Origin: Negaprion brevirostris
Lineage: Eukaryota
DNA length: 64,000 nt
Direction: 5' to 3'
Assembly: GCA_030324005.1 (NCBI GenBank)
Contig: JARDVH010000110.1
Coordinates: 23,772,364-23,836,363, forward strand
Position numbers and translations under genes: made by a program. The notes under the pieces were generated by a model that saw nothing but the letters and a program-made list of their open reading frames with translations, was not told where the DNA came from and did not search any database. Shown piece after piece: positions 37,914-50,197 of this stretch (positions are counted from its first letter, which is position 1; each line of letters starts with the position of its first letter).

Positions 37914-39019
37914 TTTAGAGTTTCCAAGCACTGTTTTATTCAGCTTTGAATGCAATTGGCCCTTTGCCTAATTATGAAAAGTACTCTCTTGCATCTCAGC
38001 ACTTACAAAAAGCTGATTAATGTAATGATCAACTTACCTTTGCATAACAATGGACAATCATGCAGTAATAACAGATCTAACTTACAATACCTGGTCAGCA
38101 TCTAACTATCAAAATTGAAAGGACAAATCTTTTATTTTTGTATTTCAGAGGCTGTCAATGAATGAGGGCATGTGGCTATTTTTCTTTCCTTCCACACTTG
38201 GGATTCGGGTTAGAGGATGGACTACCTAATCTCTGCAATGGAACAGGCAAGGGCAGGAGTGCTATCTGCAGGCAAGTTCCCCACATCTTTACCTCATGCT
38301 GGCAAAAGTGACTGGAAACAAGAATAGGGCGGGAATCCCAGAATCTGATCCTGATCACTATTTTTTTAAAGGGCTCTCAAGTTTATCTAACTCGGTCCTT
38401 CTCACTGAAAGCCCTGGTCTGCAGTTCCTCTTAAAGTCACTTGTTCTTTCTTTGTTGACTCCAGAAAAGAACGTAATTGTGAAGAAATCTGTGAGCCAAT
38501 TACAATTAACTTCTGTCATGTGCCTGTATCCATCCCATAATGAGATTGCTTGAATGTTCGTAAGTGCAGGTTCTCCTTCAAGGTTAACCCCTTACAATAC
38601 AATGTGAGTTCAGTTGGTTGTATGGCATTAGCAAGGTCATTATAAGTTTCAGACATGACTGATGAATAGTTCACATTTCATTTTATCAACTTACAGACAC
38701 AGGCAGCAGCATAACTAAGTAGGAAGCATTATTCCCCTCATTCTTCAAACACATGCCTGGGAAATAGTGCCTTTATTTACTTTGGCTAACATCATGAGGC
38801 AGTGAAACCTCTTCCTGTGCTGTGCAGCTGTTTATGTGTGTTGCACGCACTCCCTTAGCAACTTCCCCCACAATATTTGCAGCACCCTCTTAAGAATTCT
38901 AAGTTCCCAGGGATCCTTTCAATTAGTCTTTCTTTCACCCCAGCACTAAGCTGCCAATAGGAAGAAAATACATCCAGGAAGTCTTAAGGAATGAATTTAG
39001 TGTGCTAATCATATTTTTC

Positions 39020-39430
39020 TTTGTTTTTTTTTGTTCATTCATGGGACATGGGCATCGCTGGCTGGTCAGCATTTATTGCCCTTCCCTAGTTGTCCTTGAG
39101 AAAGCGGTGATGAACTGCCTTCTTGAACAATTCAATGGCTTGCTAGGCAATTTCAGAACACCATTGAGAATCAACAACATTACTGTAGGTCAGACCAAGT
39201 AAAGACAGCAGATTTCCTTCCCTAAAGAACATTAGTGAATCAGATGGGTTTTTTCCAACAAACGACAATAGTTTTATGGTTGTTTTATAGTAGATTCTTA
39301 ATTCCAGATATTTTTATTGAATTCAAATTCCACCATCTACCATGATGGGATTCGAACCCAGGTCCCCAGAACATTCGCTGAGTTTCTGAATTAATAGTCT
39401 GGCGATAATACCACTAGGTCATCGCTTCTC
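39020..39430 (-). mobile_element. SINE type B
   Basis: attcatgggacatgggcatcgctggctggtcagcatttattgccc...cagatttccttccctaaagaacattagtgaa...gggattcgaacccaggtccccagaacatt. Confidence 0.9.
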
Positions 39431-39594
39431 TTGATTGGTCTGCAAAAGTCTGCAAAGAACACCCATGACAGAGTAGCAGCTGCAGATCAAGGCAGTAACA
39501 TTTAGATTTATTTTGTAAAACCTGTTATGATAGAGTTTTATTTCCAGTGAGAAACTGAAAAAAAAGTACTGTTACATGAACAAACTAAAGGAAT

Positions 39595-39908
39595 TAAGGT
39601 GTGTCTGGCAACACTTTTGCTGAGCAAAGCTCCTTAGGCAGCACCTTCTAAACCCACAACCACTACCACCCAGAAGGACAAGAGCAGCAGATGCCACTCA
39701 CCATCCTGATTTGGAAATATATCACCATTCCTTCACTATCAAAATACTGGAATTCCCTCCGTCATAGCACTGTGGGTGTACCTACACCTCAGCGACTGCA
39801 ACGGTTCAAGAAGGCAGTTCATCACCATTTTCTCAAGGGCAACTAGGGTTGGGCATTAACTGCTGGCCTAGCCAGCCATGCCCAGATCCTGTAAGTGAAT
39901 TAAAAAAA
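39595..39908 (+). mobile_element. Zenon-like LINE 3' end
   Basis: ctccttaggcagcaccttc...tggaattccctcc...gactgcaacggttcaagaaggcag...ctcaagggcaactagggttgggcattaactgctggcctagccagc. Confidence 0.8.
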
Positions 39909-40110
39909 AGGAAGTAGAAGGGGAGGATAGTTGGAACAAAAAAAACCAGAAAGACAGAGTAACAGTGAGGGAAAAGCAGTGAAGATCAGTGGAAGGACAA
40001 GGTAGAGAGGGAGAAAGAGAAATAGAAAGGAAAATGAGCTGGAGTAGGGAGATAAAGGATGCAGAGAGGCAAGTGAGAAATCACAGAATTCAAGACAATG
40101 GCCAGAAAGT

Positions 40111-40405
40111 AGGGGCAGCACCGTGGTTAGCACTGCTGTCTGACAGTGCTAGGGAACCAGGTTCAATCCCAGCCTTGAGTGATTGTCTGCGTGGAGTCTG
40201 CATGTTCTCCCCATGTCTCCATGGGCTTCCATCAGGTTTCCTCACATGTTCCAAAGATGTGCAGATTAGGTGGATTGGCCATGTTCAAAAAAATTGCCTC
40301 TTAATATCAGGGGTATTAGAAGGGTAAATGTATGGGGCTACGGGGATAGGGCCTGGGTGGGTTGTTGCCGGTGATGGGCCAAATGACTTCTTTCTGCACT
40401 GTAGG
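40111..40405 (+). mobile_element. HE1-type V-SINE inserted in a purine-rich tract
   Basis: ggggcagcaccgtggttagcactgctgtctgacagtgctagggaaccaggttcaatccc...gatgggccaaatgacttctttctgcactgtag. Confidence 0.9.
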
Positions 40406-41246
40406 GGGTATATGAAAAGTGAGAGAGAGTCTGACAGAAAGAGAAAGAGATGAAGAAACAGGGAAGAAAGATACCAAGGGTAAGGAGACCGACAGAGAGA
40501 AAAAGAAACAGTGAGAGGAATGGAGTTAGATACAGGCATGGTTTGGCGCCAGCTCAGGGGCTGGCTTATTTTTTTTTTCCTCAATGAGCTCAGAGTAGTC
40601 AGTTCAAAGTTAAAGGATAGTTGTGTGAATTGACTCCATTTTGCTTTGTGCGCGCAGTGGATATTAATGCACATGAGAGACCAATATAAACCGTGTTAAA
40701 TTGTGCAGAAATAGCTGACAGAAGCTATCTGGAATACTCTGATTTGTGTCACAATGAGCTTTTCGAGTTTTCGCGGTGATGGTAAAGTAATTGATGGATG
40801 CACATAAAACACAATCGCAGCGAAAACGCCTTGTGACGAACCAAGATTATACGTTTAACGTATTGTTCTGTGAGATCATGCCGTTATTGTCGGGCCCTCG
40901 TAGACTACAATAATATCTGGGCTTCAATATACGTCAAAGCTCATTAGCTGGAAAGCTGTCACATGTCTGAACTCATTTCCTGTGCTTTCAATCAGTACAC
41001 TCAGTGGACCTTTTTTTTTTACTGAATTGGTCTCCAGTGGTACAAGCAATTCCTTTCAAATTAACACCTTGAAAACGGAAACCTTTTCCGAATAACTGAA
41101 CTAAACGTTAACAAAAAAAAATACATTCCAATGCAACCTGATTTCAGCGGTTCAGTCCATTTCTCAGCCCTGCGCCTTTTGTTGAGTCAGAATGTTTATC
41201 CCACTCACATTTTTCACTCTCCGTTGCTAAATGATGCTCTGTTATC

Positions 41247-42073
41247 GAAACATAAGAACAGAGAGGATAGGAGCAGGGGGAGGCCGTTCGGCTCTTTGAG
41301 CCTGCTCCAGCATTTATGACGATCGTGGCTGATCATCCAACTCAATAGCCTAATCCTGCTTTCTCCCTGTAACCTTTGATCCCGTTCACCCCGAGTGCTG
41401 TATCCAGCCACCTCTTGAATACATTCAATATTTTGGCATCAACCACTTCCCGTGGTAATGAATTCCACAGGCTCATCGCTCTTTGGGCGAACAAAGTCTC
41501 CTCACCTCTGCCCAACATGGTCTACCCTGTATCCTCAGACTGTGACCCCTGATTAGAAATTATAGAAACCCTACAGTGCAGAAAGAGGCTATTTGGCCCC
41601 TTGGATCTGCACCGACCACAATCCCAGCCAAGCCCTACCCTCACATTCCTACATATTTATCCGCTAATCTCTCTCATCTATGTATCTCAGGACTCTAAGG
41701 GGCAATTTTAGCACGGCGAATCAACCTAACCCGCACATCTTTGGTTCTGGATTCCCCCACCATCAGGAACGTCCTCCCTGCATCTATCCTGTCTAGACCT
41801 CTTAGAATTTAAGTCCCCATGAGATTTGCCCTCCTCATTTGTCTGAGCTCCGATGAAGACAATCCTAACCTAGTCAATCTCTCCTCATACATCACCTGTC
41901 CTGCCATACCCGGAATCAGCCTGGTAACCCTTCACTGCGCTTCCTTGAGAGCAAGAACATCCTCTCTTAAAAAAGGAGATCAAAACTGTGCACAATACTC
42001 TAGGTGTGGCCTCACCAAGGCCCTGTATAATTACAACAACACTTCCCTCCTCCTGTACCCGAAACCTCTCGCA
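41247..42073 (-). mobile_element. CR1 3' fragment with a nested HE1 SINE piece (41552-41742)
   Basis: CR1 sequence ctgtgacccctg|...|ggttctgga is interrupted by a reverse HE1 tail (tagaaaccctacagtgcagaaagaggc...aacctaacccgcacatcttt). Confidence 0.85.
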
Positions 42074-42074
42074 G

Positions 42075-42371
42075 TGAAGTCTGATGATGAAACCATTGCC
42101 GATTGTTGGAAAACCCCATCTCTAATGTCCTTCGAGGAAGGAAATTTGTCGCCCTTGCCTGATCTGGCCTACATGTGACTCCAGAACCACAGCAATGTGG
42201 TTGACTCTCAAATTCCCTTAGCGAAGAACAATAAATGCTGGTCAGCCAGCGATGTTCATGTGCCATGAGCAAAAAAGAAATTCGTGAACCAGATGGGTTT
42301 TTCCAACAATCGGCAATACTTTCATGGTCATCAGTCGATCCTTCATTCCAGGTGTTTGTTTTATTGAATTC
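42075..42371. mobile_element. Two SINE type B fragments in opposite orientation
   Basis: A plus copy at 42075-42280 is followed by minus-strand gtgaaccagatgggtttttccaacaatcggcaat. Confidence 0.75.
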
Positions 42372-42471
42372 NNNNNNNNNNNNNNNNNNNNNNNNNNNNN
42401 NNNNNNNNNNNNNNNNNNNNNNNNNNNNNNNNNNNNNNNNNNNNNNNNNNNNNNNNNNNNNNNNNNNNNNN

Positions 42472-42550
42472 TGATGGGCCAGGCTCAGTGGGTGATGGTG
42501 AGCCAGGCACAGTGGGTGCTGGTGGGCCAGGCACCGTGGGTGCTGGTGGT
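42472..42550. repeat. 24-bp minisatellite running into a gap
   Basis: At least 3 units of tggtgggccaggcacagtgggtgc. Confidence 0.8.
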
Positions 42551-42699
42551 GAATAGCCACCATTCAGCATGGAGAAACAGTACTAGACCACTGCATTTTC
42601 TTTAAACATTCACAGATCCAGTGAATGGTGATGGGACAGTTAATCATGAATATCGTGAAGATGGTCTTGTGGGCGAGTGAGGGTGTTGGGGGAAGCTGT

Positions 42700-42737
42700 C
42701 TACATTTGTTCATCAGATCCATTCATTGAACTGTCAC
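42700..42737 (-). other. Candidate terminal coding exon (unidentified)
   Basis: Acceptor tcttgtattttgctaatcccag| followed by the phase-1 frame GDSSMNGSDEQM* in repeat-free sequence. Confidence 0.2.
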
Positions 42738-44899
42738 CTGGGATTAGCAAAATACAAGATATTTCATCTCAGTGGACTATTCTGGTTACAAATGTTTAAT
42801 AAATAAATCTGTGTTAGACATGATATCAGAAAGGTCACAATGCTCCATAATTATCTGATGGCCTTCACTCAACACCTACTAACTATGCACACTTTGAACA
42901 CATTCTCCTGTTTGGAAAGATAAGCCACGAGGCATTTCAATTTTTAGAAAAACAGAACTAACTTTCAAAAAATGAATGTGAAAAAATCTATTAAATCTGA
43001 CACTGATGGATGTAAACCATTCTAGGACCCGTTCAAAGGGGAGTTAAGAATACGAATGAGTAGTGCAGCCTAATGACTAGAATATTACAGCGGCCACTGA
43101 AAAAGCAAAGTCAGGACCCAAGGGTTAACAGACTTTTATACTTAGATGGTGGTTAGCGAGCAGGCCATCTTTAGGTCATCTCGAACAGAGGGTAAAGTGA
43201 CCCACGGAGGACCATTTCATGCATAACTGGAATGTGTTTCTTTCAGGGTCAAGCTTTTGAAATTGTAACTTTAGCGTCTGATGTAATTTGAAGGACAGAA
43301 GTTACAATCTTAGGCATTTTTATTTTGGTCAACAATAACAAACCAGCACAGTCTGATAAATTTGAATATACCCATGGCTAATCTGAATGACCCTCAAAGA
43401 TTAACTAAATGAATTTCTGATACCTATACCTTGTTTTGTTTTGAATTAAGTAAGAAGAAATTACAGTTTGCAAAATACATTTTTTTCCGCTCAGGGATTT
43501 CAAGATGGCTCCTTTCCCCCTCCCCTATGTATTCTATGAACAGTGTGTTTTTGTCTGTATCGCACATAAGAAACAATAATTTTCACCAGAAAACAATACA
43601 TATGGCAATAATAAATCAAGTCAAATCAAATCAAACAAATTGAGAGGAAGTTGATAGTGAGGAACGGCATATGAGTACCCTATCTCTGCAAGGACAATCA
43701 GACAAGTTGCCTCACAAGTTTTGTCCAGATTAAAGATTTGTTTTTACTCCCACGCTGGGTCTCAACTCCACTATCAAAGCCGCACTAAGGAATCTCACCA
43801 TCTTTTTGAGGTTGATGATAAATTTGGTGTCAAATTGGTCTGCATCAACATCAGACGGTTAAAAGTTTAAAATGGTTTGGTTGGGTGGGAGGTTGGGAGC
43901 TTCAAGCTTCTATTGAAAATCAGCACAAATTCAATGAAAGGCCAAGCAGCTTACCTGAAGTTCACAAAGTTCATAAAGAAATAACCAATTCTGGATTTAG
44001 GTCACATTTGAATTCCAGCATCAAGCTCAAGGGAATTAAATGGACAACTTGCTGCAGCTTCTATGCTGTGGGAGGGCATGAAATCGGATAGGTTGGATGC
44101 TGAGCTCTCAGGGCATTTAAGGTCTGAGATGGATGAGGGTACAGATCCCAAGGTGGAATAAGTACTTGGCAGGCAGCAGGCTGCAATTTTTTCTTGTGAA
44201 ACCAAGAGGAGTGTTCCTGCACCTCCTGGCCCCACAAAAGTACCCCTCCAAAATGTTTCTAAGCCTTCTCTTGAGTTGGTCTTTAAAGAACATAATTATT
44301 GGCTCTAAGTACAAACATACCAAACACTACAACAATGATTGCTAATCTAAATGAAGAGTTCTTTATTGAAGAAGAGCAAAATTCTGGGACAGCTCTTCCT
44401 AAAAGTGTTACCTGCTGATAGACACTGCTCCAGCTACAATATCACACTGTAACAGCACTTACAGTGATGATCAATAACAAGCTATTTATATATTCAGCTG
44501 TATGTTAACCAATATGCTAAACTACATGTACTAGAAAACAATATCACAACACCCCCTCTTTCCTTATACAGAAAGAATCACAAAAGTTGTAAGCTTTTGG
44601 AATGGAATAGGAATAATGGAATAGGATGGTCTGAGTATGTTTAGACTCTTGTCCACCACGGGAATTGGAGCAGGCGAGGGACAGAGCGTAGATCAGCCTT
44701 GATCAAAATGAATGGTGGAGCAAGCTCAAAGTGCCAAATGGCCTACTCCTACTGCTAGTTTCTAGGTTTCTATGTTTATCAGGGATAGGTAAGAATGTAG
44801 GGTTGAGGTTACAATCAAATCAGCCACACTCTTATTGAATAGCAGAGCAGACTTGCACAATTTATGGGCCCCGTTGTCTACTGCTGCTCCTAATTAGTA

Positions 44900-46095
44900 T
44901 GTCTGTATGTAATTGGATGAGCCTGAGGGGGAGGCCATGAATGTCAATGAGCCTTTACTGGATGCCAGGATTATGGAAAGATGTCCAAGGGATACCAGAG
45001 TCAATATGATTCATAGCCAATTCTCCCAAGAGAGATATATCTCATAACCATCGTCCCATTACTCGATCCATTCCTGCTCTTGATGCCAGCCTTCTTCTCA
45101 GAGCCTGCATCCTCTGTCGCCTAGAAAAGCAATGAGAACAGACCTTTTTCACACAGGCTAGCTGGTGAATATTGTTCCCGTTGACATCTATAAGAAAGGG
45201 CCAAATGACCCAACAAGTTCACCCATGTGCCATAGACCGGAGCATAGAAAACTGGGCACTAACATAAACATTCATTAAAAACTGATCACAAACACACAAC
45301 ATTGTTTCCTCCACAGTAGAGATGTCACCAGCTCCCCTGCTATCAACAATGAGGCATGCTCCAACTAAACTAGCCTCAACAATTAATGATGCACATATGA
45401 ATAAATTGAAATCAATATTTACATGTGACAAATTGCCATGGTCCGGCCATTCCAACCTTGCTGACTGTATTCATTCATTCACCATCCTTTCCTGAAATCT
45501 GCATTGTCTCTTCCTCTCCAGGGGGTAAGTAGCTGCAGGTCTCCCACCCCTCCTCAAATCCTTAACCTCCTGCCTAAATTGTGGTTTGCTTGACAATGTC
45601 CAGATTTAGTGACATGTAAAGTGATACCTAAACCTTTCGTCTGCTTGCATTGCCATCACACGTACTGACCCATCAGTCGTCTATTGGATCCAAGTACTCA
45701 CAAAATCCATACTGCTACATATTTTGGCCTTAATTTCCATGTGTTGCTGAGGCTGACATGCATTCACCCTCCAGGCCTAGATGCCCACTCGAAAAGATAC
45801 ATTACTTTATGGCCTGATGAAAGACTCATTGATAACATGTGACCATGTCGCTTACCCTAGTAGACTGGATCAGGTCATTGACCCTTTTCTTGAACCTGAC
45901 ACAGGATCATTTGTGGACCCCAAGATTTCTTACCTTCTATAGCATCTCCATATCAGCTACCATGGCCAGATTGGACGGTCTTCTGTTTCCATTTGTCTGA
46001 AAAGCAATCCCCACTGCTCCCCAATAGTCTGAAGGAGAATCTGCAGGGACGCATCACTAAACCTTGGAATTAGTCCCTTTGTAGGCTCAGGCCTA
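44900..46095 (-). pseudogene. Second Harbinger Myb/SANT-like gene relic
   Basis: Exon 1 (46095-45856): KGLIPRFSDASLQILLQTIGEQWGLLF...RRPS...SCVRFKKRVNDLIQSTR|gtaagc. An exon-2-like GGVGDLQLLTP.E lies near 45580-45490, and an acceptor ttgcttttctag| near 45121. Confidence 0.65.
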
Positions 46096-47129
46096 TAGGG
46101 TAAAATGTGATGGTAGGTTNNNNNNNNNNNNNNNNNNNNNNNNNNNNNNNNNNNNNNNNNNNNNNNNNNNNNNNNNNNNNNNNNNNNNNNNNNNNNNNNN
46201 NNNNNNNNNNNNNNNNNNNTGTGATGGTGGGTTGGGGGGATGGTGGGGTGGGGGAGAGAGATGGAGGGGAGGGTTTAATGTGAGGGAATGGGTAGTGAAA
46301 GTGATGAAGATTTGCAACAATACATTAAAATACAGTATTGAACAGTGGTAGAAAGAAAAGCTGTGGTTAAAATGCAAAGTGTTACTATTGGCCATGTAAG
46401 GATTGTTCTGGGTTAACCCCTAAGCTATGACTCTGACAGCCATCAATGCCCTTTAAAACCTTTCTTCACATTTTCGTGCTGCAGATTTCCCCTGGACAAC
46501 CCCAAGTTGAGTTTAGTGTGAGGGACAAAGATCTAATCTTGTATTTGTTTCTATAAAATATATAGAGATGTGCTCATTGCTATCTCCAAAAAACTCAAAC
46601 TGGACAAAGACCTAAAATAGTCGAATCTATGTCTGTCTATGACCTCAAAAAAAAGTCGTTACCTGACAATATCGTAGAAACCACACCTCATTATACCTGA
46701 GGAGCCACTAGTGACCCCTTTCTAGGCTGCACAGCTTGAATTCAAAGGCCTTACACTGTACAATCACAAAGGTGACAATGTTGCAATCCCCATCCTGTAT
46801 TTGAGCGTATGCAAATAAACTGACCCTTTGAGCTCATCTATCTTGAGTTTGCTGAGAAAATTGGATCACACTAAAATTGAGGGGTTTGAAGCTATGACAC
46901 TGCTTATAAAGGGAGAAGCGAGTCAAAAGGCCTTTCTTTTTACGGACGGATGATGAGAAGATAAATGAGCGCTGTTTAAATTAACCTCATCCACCTGTCC
47001 AGAATGTCAGTATGAAAATACATCTGCATAATGCTGCAGAAACATGCAGTGAAGTCTTCTCACTTCTCGATCATCTCAATGACATCAGTGGGAAGCCATT
47101 TTCACTACCTTTATATGAGATTGATGCTT

Positions 47130-47480
47130 CTGAGGAAATCAGCAAGTGGCAAATTCCCACAAAATGGAATGTGATAATGACCAATTAATAACAGTTAATC
47201 TGATTTTTTGAAGTTGATTGAGAAGTGGATACTGGCCTGTCTGCTCCCTTGTTCTTCTTCGAAATAGGGCCATGGGAATTTTTACATTAATTCAGCAGGC
47301 AGATGGGACCTTTGTTTAATGTCTCATCTAGAAGACAACACTTTTGACAGTGTAGCACTCCCTCAGAACCACACTGCTGTGTCAGCCTTGATATTTGTGC
47401 TCAAGTCTTGGAATGAGACTTGGACCTTGTGAGTCAGAGGTGAGACTGCTCCCAACAGAGCTGGGGCTGACACATTGACT
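47130..47480 (-). mobile_element. Deu-domain SINE (SacSINE1/AmnSINE1-related)
   Basis: Minus strand: ctcacctctgactcacaagg...gacttgagcaca..aggctgacac...ctgagggagtgctacactgtc...agatgagacattaaacaaaggtcccatctgcc...aattcccatggccctatttcgaagaagaacaaggg. Confidence 0.75.
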
Positions 47481-47721
47481 AAATCTAGACTTTTCAATCT
47501 GTTGTCGTATTCTCCTGTCATACATCTCAGTCTGTGTTCAATATCAGTTTGTCCTAATGAGTGATAACACATGTTGCTGTTTCACAGAAGAGTGGCAATG
47601 CATCCACGACCTTAAGACCTCATTCCAATGCAAGCTGAAGGAATAGGTTCTTACCAATTGGTATTGCAAAATAAAACTACCTGAAGCAGGTCACTCATTG
47701 AGACAAGAGTCATGATATTGA

Positions 47722-48072
47722 GCAGATGGCCTACTGGTATTATTGCTAGACTATTAATGCAGAAGCGCAGCTAATGTTTCAGGGAACCGGCTTCAAATCC
47801 CACCACAGCAGATTGTGGAATTTGATGTCACTAAAAAAATCTGGAATTAAAAATCTACGAAACCAGTGTCGATTGTCAGAAAAACTTATCTGGCTCACTA
47901 ATGTCCTTAAGTGAAGAAAATCTGCCGTCCTCACCTGGTCTGACCTGCATGTGACTCCAGAGCCACAGTAATATGATTGACTCTCAGCTGCCCTCTGAAC
48001 AAAAGCAACTAGTGATGGGCAATTAATACTAGCCAGCCAGCGATGCCTATGTCCTGTGACTGAATTTAAAAA
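47722..48072 (+). mobile_element. SINE type B, full length
   Basis: gatggcctactggtattattgctagactattaat...ttcaaatcccacca...aaatctgccgtcctcacctggtctgacctgcatgtgactccagagccacag...gccagccagcgatgcctatgtcc. Confidence 0.9.
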
Positions 48073-50197
48073 AAACTCCAAGAGGAACCTTCTCAGGCAG
48101 TCATTTCTCAACCTATTGCTCAGGGAGTGCTGTAGTACCTGGACTAAGCAAATCAGCTAGGGTGGTCATTCCGTTAAGGAGGCAATGTAGCTATTTTGTG
48201 AAGTTCAATCACTTGGAAAATTTCACATTGGGAAATAAAAATTGATTAACTACATAAATTTCAGAGGGTATTTCCATGAACATATGCAACTTCGTAACAT
48301 GAGTTAATGAGATGTAAAATGTATGATTTTTATTTCTGTTGCAAGGTTCAGATGTCTTTAGAGATGAATTGTCCTGAGCTGAAGCATGGTTATTATGCAT
48401 CATTTCAGGTACATTCACATAGTGTTTTGCTGTATATATTTCTCACCCTGTCTCGTCACCTCACAAATTTGTAACGTTTTATTCTTAGCTGGTCTTCCTT
48501 CACATCTTTATGCTACCCTTAGTAACATCCACCCACAGTTATGGGGTCAGCATCCACATGAGGGCACCTAGTTTTACCTCTCCACCACTCCACTGTGCTG
48601 TCAGACTAAGAGGTCATTAATTCAATTTCATTTTTGGAAGACACGGGTGCAGATTCTCAACTTTTCAATTTGTCAACTTGTCACCCTGAGGTAAAGCTGG
48701 TATGGTAGATTGGCCACTTATTATAGAGACTGTGCAATTTGAAATAATTGGAGATGAGATGGTAGCAAGTTGAAAAGTAAGTTATTTTCCTAAAAATGGC
48801 CAATGTGAAAAGTCAAGCACATTCTATGATGGAACGATATGCTCCCCACCTCATTACACCGTGTTTAAATGATGTGCTATTTGGACCAAAACTAGATTAC
48901 CAAAGTGCTGGACTCAAAAAATTCTGAATGTGGAGTTGTGCATATTCAAATTGTTGGGGACGATTTGCTCTTGACTGTATAATCAATCCTCATGCTTAGA
49001 TTAGGATTTCTACATTGTGAGCCTAAATTGAAAGTTGATAACTTTAGAATCCATTACTGGCATCAAGATGTGTGGTGATCTGGAATCAATGTATTGTAGC
49101 TTGTTTTATGTTAGTGTTTTATGAAGAAAACATGATTTAAAAATCAAACTCATCAATGAAAGAGCTTGTTAAAAGCTACTGTAATGTCATCCAGCACCTT
49201 TATTTATTATTAAATAAGAGCTTGCAACACCAAAAGTTCTTTCAAGGCTAGTTATAGCAAATGCCATTAATTGTGACCAGTTATATCAAGTACATAAGAA
49301 GAGATGTGAAATGGAATCCATCCCCCTATGTAGCAAAGTGCTGGGTTAAAATCTATGCTGTAAAGCCAGAAGGAAATAATTACAAGGAAGCTATTGAAAT
49401 AAAGCTGAGAGAACAATCTATTGACAGGAAATAGTGTTATAACATCTTAACCAACTCCATTCATTGATCTGCACATTGGGTACCTGTATTTTTGATCCAG
49501 TTCATTTAATTGCCTTCATCTTTAAAACAGGAAAATGAATCCAGTGTGGAAGAGATAAAATATTAATGAAAGCAACAGCCTGAACAAGTATAGCTTGGAT
49601 ATATATTTGGGTAGGTCTGTAGAACTGACAGTGCATATTAGCTTTTTCAATTGCCAGTTGAATTTCAAATTCTAACAAACTGTTTAACACCGCTGTTTTA
49701 CTCTCATGTAACAAAATAAAAATTAAATTCTTTTTTCTCCATCTCAATAAAAAATATTCTCCCAAAAGCAATCAGATATGAGCCTTATCACAAAGCAACA
49801 CTATTGCCTATTACTAATTCAAAATCTGGAAGGGTGCTATTCAGTTGATGAACTGATTGTCATTGTGAAATGCAAAGCTATAAGCCTTATTTATATAGTT
49901 CAGTATTAGTTTGTTCTAAAGTCAGTGAACAAATCTAAAAACAATATAGAATTTGTACTTTGCATCCAAGATACCCAATAGTATTTTACCTCTCAGATAT
50001 TGCTTTCTGTGACAATTGTCTTGGGCTGAAAATATTTGCTCACAACCTTAGAATCTTATATGAGTGCGAGCCGACCTTTCAGCCTTTAACCTCTCCAATA
50101 CTGCTCCCACCTCTCTAACACTGCCCACCTCAGCCTATCTGCAGCTGAAACCCTCATTTATGATCCAGCCAATTCCTGACTCAATTATTCTAAAGTT

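Noticed and set aside
42361-42570. Pro-rich ORF MLNGGYSPPAPTVPGPPAPTVPG
   Set aside because: It is the translation of a 24-bp minisatellite running into a gap, with no independent evidence of coding.
46655-46800. Minus-strand exon-like segment (tacag|...cag|gtaacg)
   Set aside because: There are stop codons in all three frames.
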